DNA of 63,937 nt, filler included, from Collodictyon triciliatum (lineage: Eukaryota), in assembly GCA_043381765.1 (NCBI GenBank). It is 12 parts of 12 records of this genome, joined end to end, with 100 filler letters (N's around TTAATTAATTAA, not from the genome) between each part and the next. Parts side by side here need not be neighbours in the genome. Positions count along the whole stretch, not along the records: positions 1 to 5,539 come from JBHJMP010005127.1; positions 5,640 to 11,227 come from JBHJMP010005128.1; positions 11,328 to 16,864 come from JBHJMP010005130.1; 9 more parts are not named here. One strand, 5' to 3'. Below, piece after piece: positions 1-11,854 of this stretch. Under the pieces are notes generated by a model. It made no database searches. It was not told where the DNA came from and saw nothing but the letters and a program-made list of their open reading frames with translations. Positions within the stretch are counted from its first letter, which is position 1. Every line of letters begins with the position of its first letter. The position numbers and the translations under genes were made by a program.

Positions 1-423
1 TCATCACCGTTGCTGCAAAGTGTGCATTGTTGGGAGACTTTGCCAGCTTTTGCCGCGCGTGTGCCTATCCATAGCTCCCTATTGGTGATATTAAGCATTA
101 GAGAGCGGTGATTTGGAAGGACTTGCGGGGTTCGTGCTTGTCTCCAGCTCGCGGTGAGCGGGGTGTGGGTGATGCCCAGTGTTTCTCCCCACCGTTGATG
201 TTTTGACTTTTTGTAGGGTGTTGGCGGCGATATTTTGTATCGAAAGAATTTGGAGTAGGCCATAGCCATCGAGAACTGCATAGACTGCGCACCGTTAGAC
301 GAGCGTTTGTTCTTGAGGTGGAAATAGAATGGCGACGGGATGTCGTATGAGATTGGTCTGCGTGAGCGCCATTTTCCTTTGTTATTCAGATTGTTGTGGT
401 CGGTATTTATTATATAGGGTGGC
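1..423 (-). mobile_element. Probable non-LTR retrotransposon (LINE) ORF2 C-terminal fragment, zf-RVT-like, running off the window start
   Basis: Stop-free minus frame of about 140 codons, absent from the ORF track because it has no stop. It ends ...ASWRQARTPQVLPNHRSLMLNITNRELWIGTRAAKAGKVSQQCTLCSNGD, resembling the region before and including the CxxC of the LINE C-terminal zinc knuckle. It is intronless and more GC-rich than the flank. Confidence 0.45.
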
Positions 424-1315
424 TAGAAATAGTATGAGTTAGGGCCACCTTAGTGTGGTATTTTGGGAATGATATCTTTGAGGTGAAAGGCAAGAGCGCA
501 GCCATATTGGGACAGTGCGAGTGCAGGAGAGGCAGGAAGCAGTATATCTGGCAAGGGATTGGCCGTTTTGGGTAAAAATGGAGACAAGCAATGAGGTTGG
601 AGAGGATTTTCTTTCTCTCTTTTTTAAGGGGAGGGAAAGAGGGGGTGCAGTAGAGTGTGGTATAGGTAGCTGGGGGTTTATTATAAGCCGAGACATGGAC
701 ATATGACACGGAAGGCAGATGGAAAAATGGGATAAACTGCAAATATATGCTAATTGATGTAGATTGATGAGAATGTGTGCAGGTAGATGTAGATAGAGAA
801 GAAATGATGAGAAACTATCAGAATGATGCAAGTAAATGTAAATGATGTGAATTGGCGAATAACAGTTCGCATCGATCTGGGCAATACTGTGCAATATAAT
901 AAACAGAACATGAATAAAAATAATAATTGCAGAAAAAATATATTAATAGTGTGATCACACTATCTATTGAAGATACTCATTTTTAACCTTCATGTTCATT
1001 TTGTTGCGTCAAGAATGTTTATTTTATATTCTTAAGCGTATACGGTAGATTCTATTAATTGGAATTCGAGGGAAGTAAACCACAGCGGCGCTGATATATT
1101 TTTAGTGAATATGTTGGCCTTAAGAACTGTAGTGTTGATGAATTTGTAGAATTTTATGTTTCTTTATTAATTAACCGAATAATTTGTATTTTTATGTTAT
1201 TTTAAAATCAAGTCTTATGCGCAATTGTTATAATTCCTGAGAAATCTGGCCATGGATAAAATTAAAGTCTGGATTCTTACTTATTGCAGCTTTGTATACG
1301 ATGAGATTATTATAG

Positions 1316-3552
1316 ATACCTGCTGAGTGCATTGGAGGGAATCCTTAATATAGTTCCTGTTCCGACCTGATATGCAGCCAAATCCAACTCGTGTGACATC
1401 TACGAAGCAAATGCAAAACTGTATTATTGGACTGTAGAAGAAAAGGTAATGCATCAAATACAAAAACTCCATCATCTTGTTACACAAATTGAAAGGAAGA
1501 ATAAATCAAGTTGGTGCGAAGACAACTTTGTTAAACCGAAATATAGTACAAATGGCTATGCATATGTTATTTATTAAGATGTATCGAAAGTTTAGGCGGT
1601 GTAGGTGCGTTTTAATATAGGGAAATGCTTATGTTTGATGAATAAAAAAGTTTATTAACTTGTAAGTTTTCTGATTGAGTTATATTCAACCAGTTCATTT
1701 ATTATCATCGTCATTATTGTTGTTGCTTTGATTTGTGTGTATCAGCAACACAATTATTAATGCGTAAATATTGTGATTTTTTTTATAAAAATCGTGCTTG
1801 GGCGGTCTATCATTGTTGGCTCTTGAAGACCGCGATTACGCTTGCCGTATGCAGTGGCTTATTGATATCTCAAAATCTTATTTTGTATCATTTGTGAATG
1901 ACTTATCAAGGAGAGTCGAATGGTTGAGTAAATCAAGTGTCCCATTATTATTTGAGACGAAATGAATATAATATTAAAAGAATATATTCATGGTTCGTGA
2001 AATATATTATTTGTAAAATTCATGTTAAGAATTTGATTATGTTAAAAAAATATAGTATGATAAAAGTGAATATCTAGTTTTTGTGCCAGAAATATGGTTT
2101 ATACTGCACTATCTACTACATTTGGACTTTGTGATTGATGGCTTACAGAAAAATGATTAGGTAAATTTTAGAAGAATAAAACTGTTAATGAATTTTATTT
2201 TATTGAACTTTAGTTGTCTTTGATATGTTTGTTTACTTTTTAAAGGGTTGAGTTTTAGAGGCGAAGGCAGTTTCCTCGGCTTTGTTTTCTCTCAATAAAC
2301 TGTTGAAAAGAAACCAAAAAAATAAAGGGTTGAGTTTGATTATTAGGTACATATTTTATTTATTTTAAAGCATCAGAGTGATAAACTATTATTACATATA
2401 ACAACAACAGCACGATTTAAAATAGTTGCAAATATCCTTGGACACACATTTAACTTATGAGCAATTTTTTTGGATTGATTAAAATACTTTCGAGAGTTTT
2501 TTCCGTTCATTTAGCATTAAGTTGATAGATTAGAGTGTATACATATTTGCAGTTTGGACGAATTTTGGTGAATTTTTTAATTGTAGTATTTGGCCCAAAA
2601 TATATGTATGCTTGAGTGCGTATGGCTCGATAGTATTATGATGGTAAGATGATATCTTATTGCTATTAACGATGGGCATTTTATGTTAAGTGATGGAAAA
2701 TATATAATCATTTTTTTAGGTCTATGTTAAAATGTTCCATGTTTTTTAAGTTTTTAACTTGAAGACATAATTTGATATTTTTGTCTTGCTAATCTTTCGA
2801 TTAATTTTTATTTTATCATAGTATTAATTCGTTTAATTACTGATGTATAATTAAAAGGTTAATAATAACTTGGTTTGCTAGACATATTTTGGTCTTGGGT
2901 CAATTCATTTTCCATCGGCCATATTCTAATGCGCCTACCCGTAACATAATGAATACGCATCGATACTTGAATGATGATGGACATGATTAAACTTTAAGAA
3001 AGTTTTGTTATTGCCTAAGGCATAAAAAAATAATCTTGCGTTTAAGTGGACGATATTGAAGTTGAAAATGAAAGTCGTGTGCAGTGCTACTTGAAAAAAT
3101 ACCGAACTATTTGGCGAAAATACACTTACCCCAGGTTACCAACCTCAATTTATTTGAACTTGATTATGAGCAGTCGTGCTTAAATAATTCCATATTTTAA
3201 AAAAGTGTTGTAGAATAAAATTGTTTAGCAGATTATAATCTTGAAATAAATTGAAATGGCTTTTTTCCACAAGATTTTATTATTAGGATATATAAATCAA
3301 TTACTCACAGATGTAGCTGACTTAAGGTATGTTTCATGGAAAGATATGTGCATATCTGCAACATAATATGAAAGATTAGCAGTGGGTGGCAGTTTGTAAC
3401 ATTGCTTGTTACCGTGTATAATCCCAGCCTTCTCTGGTGTCAAATATTGATTAATGCTACAATAGTATAATTATCATTCTTGAATATAGGATGGTGATAA
3501 GGTTTATAATAGGATTTTATCGAGATATTATGATATGACTGAACAGCTATGA
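1316..3552 (+). other. Possible multi-exon gene or pseudogene, product unknown
   Basis: Several exon-like segments with AG/GT flanks, e.g. LALEDRDYACRMQWLIDISKSYFVSFVNDLSRRVE (~1816-1922), DDIEVENESRVQCYLKKYRTIWRKYTYP (~3049-3134) and DGDKVYNRILSRYYDMTEQL* (3490-3552). No recognisable domain, and I could not assemble a full model. Confidence 0.25.
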
Positions 3553-4041
3553 ACCTCAGATTGTTACTTCAATAAAAGCATAACAGAAAGTGTAAATGAG
3601 CAAAGAAGAGTGAGAAAAATGAGAAACAAAATATCAAAAGAAAACAGTGAAGAACAAAAGAAAACAAAAGAAAACAAAAAGGCTTGCAGTGTGCGGGTGA
3701 ATGTTAAAGAATAAACCTAAACCAATCGCACTGTGGCATCAACACAAACACATACAAAACAACAAAACACTTCACTGAATAATCACAACGAAAACTGCGG
3801 ATTCAACAGAACGGAATGCAATAGGTCAAGGATTTGAACAGACCTTAAGTCAATTAACGATAAAATATAACACAGAGAAAAGGCACACAAAGCGGTGCAT
3901 GTAGTGTTACAGCTAACCATTACGCGCAACAAAGAAAAGAAAAATTATCTTCAATAATATGGTTTTTCCAATTGTGAACCAAGCGAACAACAAGACAAAA
4001 GAAAACAAAACAGAAAATACAAAATGAAAGCAAACTGTCAT

Positions 4042-4090
4042 TTTTTTATTCTTCCTTTCAATTTTGTGCGGGATGGTGGAGATGCTGGCT
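4042..4090 (-). mobile_element. Short poly(A)-tailed retroposed insert, family 2
   Basis: Minus strand reads AGCCAGCATCTCCACCATCCCGCACAAAATTGAAAGGAAGAATAAAAAA, flanked by a 17-bp TSD tgaaagcaaactRtcat (4025-4041, 4091-4107; 1 mismatch). The same 3' end occurs at 62545-62582 and, degenerate, at ~1468-1505. Confidence 0.8.
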
Positions 4091-4399
4091 TGAAAGCAAA
4101 CTATCATGAAAATATATTGACAGTTAATAAACTACTCAATATTTAGTCTTTGATATATAGTCAAGGCCGATTATCAAACAAACAGAATATGTGTCACATT
4201 TATCGGGATTGCTGGTAAGCTAAAGTTGATTTTTTTTTAAAAAAAAATTCATCCAGCCTCTGCAAACAAGCTAGCAATCGTCTGTATTCATTCAGTTTGA
4301 TGCACACCGTGATAAGGCACATGAATGCTTGTTATGGTGGAAAGGAGAATGTGAAAAGATTTTTAGTCAAATTGGTAGGGTGGATAAAAGAAGAGCCAC

Positions 4400-5539
4400 T
4401 TATTGGGTCAGCATCATCTGTGCATCCGACATTTTCTTTTCAGAGAGCTTGGTATGGAGATGGTCTGCACCATAGACTGTCCTGAAAATCGTGTTGGCAT
4501 TTTTATACAAATCCAAAGCCTCTTGGAATTTCTCCTGGTTCATAAGTAGATTGCCAATATTGAAGTATGTATTCCCAACATTAGGATGCATTTCTCCAAA
4601 CACTTTCAGCTTAATTTCAAGTGATTTGTGGTAGTACTCCAGGGCTTTCTCATATCTATTATATTATAAATTAACAGAATGATAAACATAATAAATATAT
4701 TGATTAAACATACTTTTCCAGATCATTGTAAACATTTCCAATATTATTATACAAATCGGAAATATCAGGGTGTATTTCTCCAAATACTTCCAGTCGGATA
4801 TCAAGCGATTTATGATAGTATTCCAAGGCTTCTTCATGACTATCAAATAGTTAATTAAGTATAGATAAGCATACATATATTTTCATGCAAAACATACTTT
4901 CCGAGGTTATTGTAAACATTTCCAATATTTCCATAAGACATCGCAACATCAGGGTGAATTTCTCCAAAAACTTTCAATTTAATTTCAAGTGATTTGTGAA
5001 GGTATTCCAGGGCTTTTTCATCTCTATTTAACAAAAAGTCAATATATTTCTAGATATATACTAAATGTGTATACATATATAAATTATACTTTCTGGGTTG
5101 ATGGTAAATCAACCCCATGTTATTATATGAGGCAGCAACATCCGGGTGATTCTCTCCGTACACTTTCAGTTGAATTTCAAGTGCTTTCTGGTAGTACTCC
5201 ATAGCTTTTTCATATCTATTAAATGATTAATTAATGACGAGATAAATATAAAAACAATGTCAAATAAAATATACTTTCCAAGGTTTTTGTAAACAACTCC
5301 CACGTTGTTGTAAGAGATGGCAACATTAAGGTGGATTTCTCCAAACATTTCCAGTTTAATTTCCAGTGATTTTTGAAAGTATTTAAGAGCTTTTTCATAT
5401 CTATTAAATAATATGTCAATCAAGAAATAACGATAAATACACAATTAAATAAAACATACTTTCCAAGATTCCTATAAACGACTCCAATATTATTAAATGA
5501 TGTGGCAACGTCAGGGTGATTCTCTCCGTACACTTTCAG
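4400..5539 (-). CDS. 42-aa TPR-repeat protein (kinesin-light-chain/nephrocystin-3-like repeats), 5' part lost at scaffold end
   Basis: Exons 5460-5539 (partial), 5275-5400, 5090-5215, 4898-5023, 4714-4839 (each 126 nt) and 4400-4655, with GT-AG phase-2 introns of 58-66 nt. Repeats read like [42 protein letters not shown]. Confidence 0.93.
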
Positions 5540-5639
5540 NNNNNNNNNNNNNNNNNNNNNNNNNNNNNNNNNNNNNNNNNNNNTTAATTAATTAANNNNN
5601 NNNNNNNNNNNNNNNNNNNNNNNNNNNNNNNNNNNNNNN
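5540..5639. other. Artificial scaffold linker (N44-TTAATTAATTAA-N44)
   Basis: The same 100-nt spacer, with stops in all six frames, recurs at 11228-11327, 16865-16964, 22500-22599, 28134-28233, 33767-33866, 39373-39472, 45002-45101, 50642-50741, 56270-56369 and 61892-61991. Confidence 0.98.
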
Positions 5640-5695
<56 letters not shown>

Positions 5696-6079
5696 GTGGG
5701 GGGGGGGGGGGGGGGGGGTTTGGCAGGTATTATTATTATTTTTTTTTTGTTCCTCTCAACTCTGTCTCTCATTGTGTGATCGCTACATCTATTCACATTG
5801 TGAGATATATCGGCCTTTAGGAAAATTCTTAACTAACACAAACACAAACACAAACACAAACACAAACAAACATACAGTGGAAACTTATTATATGGAATAG
5901 ATTTATTGTGATTACTTCTTTTTCTTTCAAGAAAAAATTATTCCGGAATACCGGGGTTTGGGTAGAGAATGTCGCGAGATGAAGAGTTAACAGACAGATA
6001 GCAGCCACATGTGTGTTTAGAGAAAGAGGGTCATTTTGAGAGAAAAAAGAAATACTGCTGGATTCTCCAAATCATAGGC

Positions 6080-9000
6080 TCATATTAGGGGAAGGAAATC
6101 GTGCCTAAAAAGAAAGAAAAATTTTTTTTAGCTGTGCCCATGGCATAAACAGCAAGTGGCACTTATCAAGGAGAAAATATAAACTATGTACTTGTCAATC
6201 AGCTCTTCCTTTCGTGTATTCTGTGTGCGATTTGGATTGCCTTTGCGGGCAGGTGTGATGATAGGGGGCATCTGCGTGCAATAGCATATGATTATTTTGG
6301 CCATTTATTACGTTGAAAGGGGTTTATTTAATGAAAAATTCCGTGTTTATGCGAAGACTAGCTTAGTAGTAATATCAGAAATGCATAGATGAAAAAAACT
6401 CATTTTCTTTAACATACCTTGTCGGCCTTTTCGAGTGGGTTGCGAGTGTTGTGACTTTTGTTTCCTTTCAAGCCCAAAAGCTGCGAAATGTCTAGAGTAA
6501 TATCCAATTTCTGGTGTCTCAGTTGGTTCACAAGTGCCGTAAGTGCCTGATTGCAACAAAGAGGGGGGAAAATAGTATTTAATACCATCGAAAGGAAAAT
6601 GCTAGTGAGAAAATGTCGATTCTTCTACTATATAAGAGTTTTGCAAAAAGATAAGCCAACCTGCTCAAAAATGGAAACATTTAACTTTTTGTCCAGCTCG
6701 ATGCGTGCTTCATGTCGGAATTGTTTTAGGTTCAATACCTTGTAAAAAAAAATACATAAAATTTAAGATGTAGTTTTAGAAGCCTATTCGACAGAGATCC
6801 ATAACTAAATTGTTTCGGATATATAAACATTTATTTATCCATAATAAGCAAGAAAATTTAAAGAGGGTATTCTTAAAATTAACTCCAAACAAGAAATTCA
6901 ATTTTATTACAGCTTGCAGCTTCTGTATTTTCTGGATTAAGACAACAACGAGAGTTCGAAGCTGTTCACTTGATTCAAAATCCACTATTTTTGAGAAAAG
7001 AGAGAACAAAGGAAGAGAAGGAAAGTGATAAATGATGAATACCAAAGCATAAATAACTCGAGCATGTCATAAAATAAAAATCTAGGTATTTTCAAGACTT
7101 CAGAAGACAGAAAAATTTTCATTTTACTTACAGACACCATAGAATTTTGTCAGTATTGACTGCAAATGAGAGGCAGCCTATTGAATGGTGGATTGATGCA
7201 TTAAGAGAGGAGGAGAAATACGACAAGGGAGCAAATATGAAATCACCCGGTGGAAACATTTTTAAGAAGTCAACAACCCATTCACCTGTGCGGTGGAAGC
7301 TGCCTTGACTTGGCTCGGTAGCTGCGGTTCGTTATGTGTCATTTCAGCATTGCCAGCTAGTTCGTATGGATATTAACAACGAGAGAGAAAAAAGGGAGGA
7401 ATTTGTAGGAGTTACTAATTTTTTTTTGAAAAATAATGCCATAAAAAGGATAGTAGAGTTACCGAGTCCTGGTATTATGTCTGGTGACAAAGTGCTGTTG
7501 CCTTGAAGAACGGGTGATTTTGGACCAGTATTTGCAAAACGAAGCGAAGGTGATTCAGACCCAGGACTTCTGCTCTCAGCAATGGCCTGTGGGTTTTGTC
7601 CCTCCTTTGGTGTGTCTTCTGACCCCATTCCGGCGTAGATTTGAGGCTCGAGTGACCCGTCTGTCGGAATATCTGCATGTGTTTGCTCTTCACGGTTCAT
7701 GAGCTGTGGACTTGCTGTTGGGCTGTTGTGATTAACGGGTACATTAATGAGTGATGTATACAATGTTCAATTAGATCGTATGGTTGTGTATCAGCTTTCC
7801 ATCTGCAATTACTTTTGTCGGGGTATGGGGCTTGGTGATGCGTTCAACTGCTGCGATTTGTCCCCCCTGGCTTCTCTGGCTTTCCTCTTTTCAACCTCAC
7901 GATTAAGTTGGCCAGGTATGGGGCTATATTTAAAAAGCATGGACATCAAAAGGGGAAAAAATAATAGCTAAGGCATTATAAAATTTAATGAACCTCCATA
8001 TGACTATGGTATTCATAAGGTAAGCCTTTCGTTATTAGAGGAAATTAATCAACTAATCATTGTGATAGCTTCAAAAGAGCTTTATAGCTACCTTGCGCTC
8101 GGAGAACCTTCAACAACTCGAGTGTTATACATGCCTTGGTCTTTCCTCTTTTCTACAATTAAGTTGTAAATATGAGTGAGAGATAAAGAAATAAATTGAA
8201 CCCGCTGTGCCTCGAGGGTGACTGTACTGGAGATAAACGGTGCCATGAAAATAATCATATTTTTTGGTGTTTGTATGAACCTCCATTAGGGTTTGTCTGC
8301 TGGGCCAGCTCGTCAAGATGAAATCCTGAGTTGATATCAAACGTTTCTTGGATATCTCTTAGGAGTTGTGAGACCATTAACGCGCGGAAGTTGTCAGCCC
8401 TGCAAGCGAATTAAATAGAAATTTGCATCCAAGAAAAAATATCACTCAGTGCAATTGAGTGAGTATTTCATCTTCAATCGTTCAAGAAAATGTCATTTTT
8501 TACTCTCTCAGTTCTGCATCAGATAATCCATCAACTAATTCCTCTTTGTTGATCTGAATTTTGAAGAGTGAAAATTGTGTATTATATTTACGGATAATCA
8601 TGTTCCTTCATAGTACGAATAAATGCTTAGCTTGCGCAGAAAGCTAACGACATAATACCAAAGTGATTTTAAAAAAAATACCTTTCTTGGGACTTCGTCT
8701 CGAACATACAAAGACATATCATCAAACTCTTCAAACTTTGTCTGGCAGTGGTCAGATAATACCTTCAATTCCTATCAAAGAAAATCCATAGTCTAAGTAG
8801 CATGCGGCTTCTTGGATATCGTTATGAAGAATGGTATGGGTTTTTTGTGCAAGTCGGGATTTTCTCTCGATTTTTTTTTATGAAATGTTGGTGAGAGTGT
8901 ATTGAGTGTGCTACTACCTTAAAGCATCGGGTTGTCTGACGGCTGATATCCTCTCGAACTCGTTCATATAGCTTCTCATAGATGGCACTTTTGTGCTGAG

Positions 9001-11044
9001 ATGATTCCTGTCGCAATGCTTCAAATTGGGCAAACAAATCGGTATACCAGACTTGTAGCTTGGATTGCAAAGTAGCTACCTGTATACGCCAAGCAATTAA
9101 ACATATATACTGGACGACAAAAGACGAAGAAAAATTGAAGAGAAATATATAAATGTTCACTTTTGCATTTGTCTCATCCAGATTCTTCTCGAGCATCTCT
9201 ATTCTGGTATCTGCAAGAAGAGTTTCAACTTGTCCCTGGATAACCCTCACAGTTTCCGCTTGTGTATTCATTTGTTTCCTAATATCTTTAATGTCTTCGC
9301 GCACATCGATCGTTTCCAACTACACAATGTGCGTATTCAAGGTAAATAAGTGAGAATTATTTCCGTTTGCAGTATACTAATTTTTTTAAAATTTTGATAA
9401 AGGTTAAACAAACATATTAAGTTATAATCAAAATAAAAGTAAACGGAATTACCTTTTCTTTCACTGTATGAATCATAAATGATTGTTTATCTAAGTTGAC
9501 TTGCTTCTTGGACAAATCTAGATGGATATCACTAATTTGGTGGTCGATTCGATTAAGAGCCTCTTTCATCTCTTGTTCAAAGGCTTTTTGGTCCTTTGCC
9601 TGTATTATGCGCACAAAATTTCATAAATTCTGGCGGATTCATTCACTAATCAAGGACTGTATTCTGAACGATATTCAAAGGTGAAAGATGTGGCCCCAAC
9701 CTTTTTCTGTTGTTGTTGCTGATGTTGTTGTTGCTGCTGCTGTTGTTGGGCATGACTTTGCGATGCATGTGATGCACTGGCAAGGAGAAGTGCCTGTATT
9801 TGAGCCGGGTCTAAGTCTCTTCCGTCGGCTGACTTGAATTGTGTGCTCTAGTGGAATGCAAAGTATAATTCATTCGGTCGTATCGGAATATTAGCATACA
9901 TATAAACCCTTGCGACTTTGTTTGGGAAATGAATGATTCGACATATTTGTAATTCAAAAAATACTGGGTCTCCTGTTCTAGCTGCAACCATCTGAATTTC
10001 AAGCTCCTTACACCGGCCACCGAGAATTGCTATATCGTCCTGCTTCCGGTCATTCTGTATTTGGAGCTCCTAAAAGATAGACATCATTTAGACATGAACT
10101 GTACAGGTTTAAATCGAACATCTTTCTTTTATAAATATTTTAATGAGTGGTGTGTTTTCGATGTCACATCTAAATATGAGTCGGATGGGGTTCAATCGAT
10201 ATATCTAGAATTACCCTGACAGCATATTCAAGATTTCGGATGCTCCGAGACTGCTTTTTCACTATCGAAAGAGTGGACTTCACATACGAGTACATGTCAC
10301 GGAATCCACCAAAGAATTTTGTCGTTAAGTCGCTCTCATCAATTTCATCTCTTTAAAATCGCAATGTTTGTAATTGAAGGTTAGTTAACTCTATCGAAAC
10401 TAACATACTAACGGGTTAATTGGCTAGACTAGTATTATGTATAGAAAGAAAAAAAGGCATGGGAATAAATTGAGTATGGTGCTTACCCGGATGCTGAATC
10501 AAATTTATCTACATAAGCGATTGGAGGTTTTGATATCTCTGGAAATCTAGTTTCCATCTTTTGAAAGGGTATATCCAAATTATTTTCATCTCGTTATGTG
10601 CATGGTTTCATTTCCTCTCCTTTTTTTCTTGCATTCGCTTCCTTTTTTAATGAATTTTATTTTTAAAAAAAAAAAGAGATACAGTGAATTGATTACTAAC
10701 CTGTTCTCCGGTGCTGATCAAATCGCGGTCTGAGCCATTTGTGTCTTCAAGGTCTTTAAAAGGGCAAGTATAGAAAAATTGAGGTTAATATTAATCATAT
10801 AATTTCATAGGTTCAATTTAAAGTATCGGAATCAGGCGACTCGTGAGATTTGAGACGTTATTTTGCGCTTTGTATGGAAACACCTTCACCTGATTCGCTG
10901 GCTTTGCTTCGAGACTGGTAAAAACGGAAAAACAATATAAAAAATATTTAGCTTGCATCAAGTTTTCAATTTCAACCACCCGTTTTGAATAGTTGCCACA
11001 GATGAGTAAAAAGGCGATGGGATAATAAAAGCCTACTTTCATAA

Positions 11045-11142
<98 letters not shown>

Positions 11143-11227
11143 GAACAATATCTACGGACCAGTATCCAACATGAAGACTTACCATTCGAGGGTCAAGATT
11201 CGTTCGTTGACGAGCCTGACCAGAAGG
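6080..11227 (-). CDS. Large multi-exon coiled-coil protein with a Gln-rich stretch and an S/P-rich region; function unknown, 5' truncated
   Basis: Heptad-like exons (AKDQKAFEQEMKEALNRIDHQISDIHLDLSKKQVNLDKQ; LETIDVREDIKDIRKQMNTQAETVRVIQGQVETLLADTRIEMLEKNLDETNAK), a poly-Q exon at ~9700-9810, and many GT-AG boundaries. Exact ends uncertain. Confidence 0.6.
11047..11142. repeat. (AAT)n microsatellite
   Basis: Direct reading. Confidence 0.95.
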
Positions 11228-11854
11228 NNNNNNNNNNNNNNNNNNNNNNNNNNNNNNNNNNNNNNNNNNNNTTAATTAATTAANNNNNNNNNNNNNNNNN
11301 NNNNNNNNNNNNNNNNNNNNNNNNNNNCCGCTTGCTTCCTTCCTGCCCTCCTTTTTTTTTTTTTTTGTATAAATCAGGCCGGTTCTCTGACTCACTTTCT
11401 GCTTTGTAGTCAACGAGGCCGAGTTCTTTGGCATTATGGACCAATCGTCTGTATAAATAAAACCCGAAACAAGCTCAAACAAGATCAGCTAGCCCAGTCC
11501 GAAATGACATGTCGAGCCACTGGGCCCGTAGCTACACAAAGCAATGAACAAACGCCAAGCAAAGAATCAATAAAATAAAGGCAAAATCACACCCCAAATC
11601 CCACGATACACTATCACGCTCCACAGCCTTTAGTGGCAAGTTTGTTCCAACCTGGCATCGACTGCCAAAGTCTGCCTCACAATTAGTCGAGGCAGATGTT
11701 CCCTCCGCTCTTCCCTTCGATGGTCATGACCAAAGCAGAGATGAAACATAGTTGACTTGTCAGGCCTTCTTGTTTAATTCATTCGTCCGTCATTGAGGAT
11801 TTGTCAGACTCTGATACTCAAACTTTAGGACGAGCCAAACTTCTTGTGCGCTTG

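Noticed and set aside
1316-1445. In-frame TGA (1368-1370) in an exon-like segment as stop-codon recoding or selenocysteine
   Set aside because: Other genes here end normally at TGA, TAA and TAG, no SECIS is evident, and an alternative exon boundary or pseudogene decay is simpler.
626-2108. Polypurine tract followed by TGCAGTA...TACTGCA as a solo LTR
   Set aside because: Only a 7-bp inverted match in AT-rich DNA, with no second LTR, TSD or gag/pol sequence on that strand.
4400-5539. ~185-bp periodic repeats as a CRISPR-like array
   Set aside because: The repeats are coding TPR exons and the variable parts are GT-AG introns; no cas genes are present.
5584-5595. Regularly spaced TTAATTAATTAA palindrome as a biological repeat or array
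   Set aside because: It is always embedded in N44 on both sides, so it is a six-frame stop linker added during assembly.
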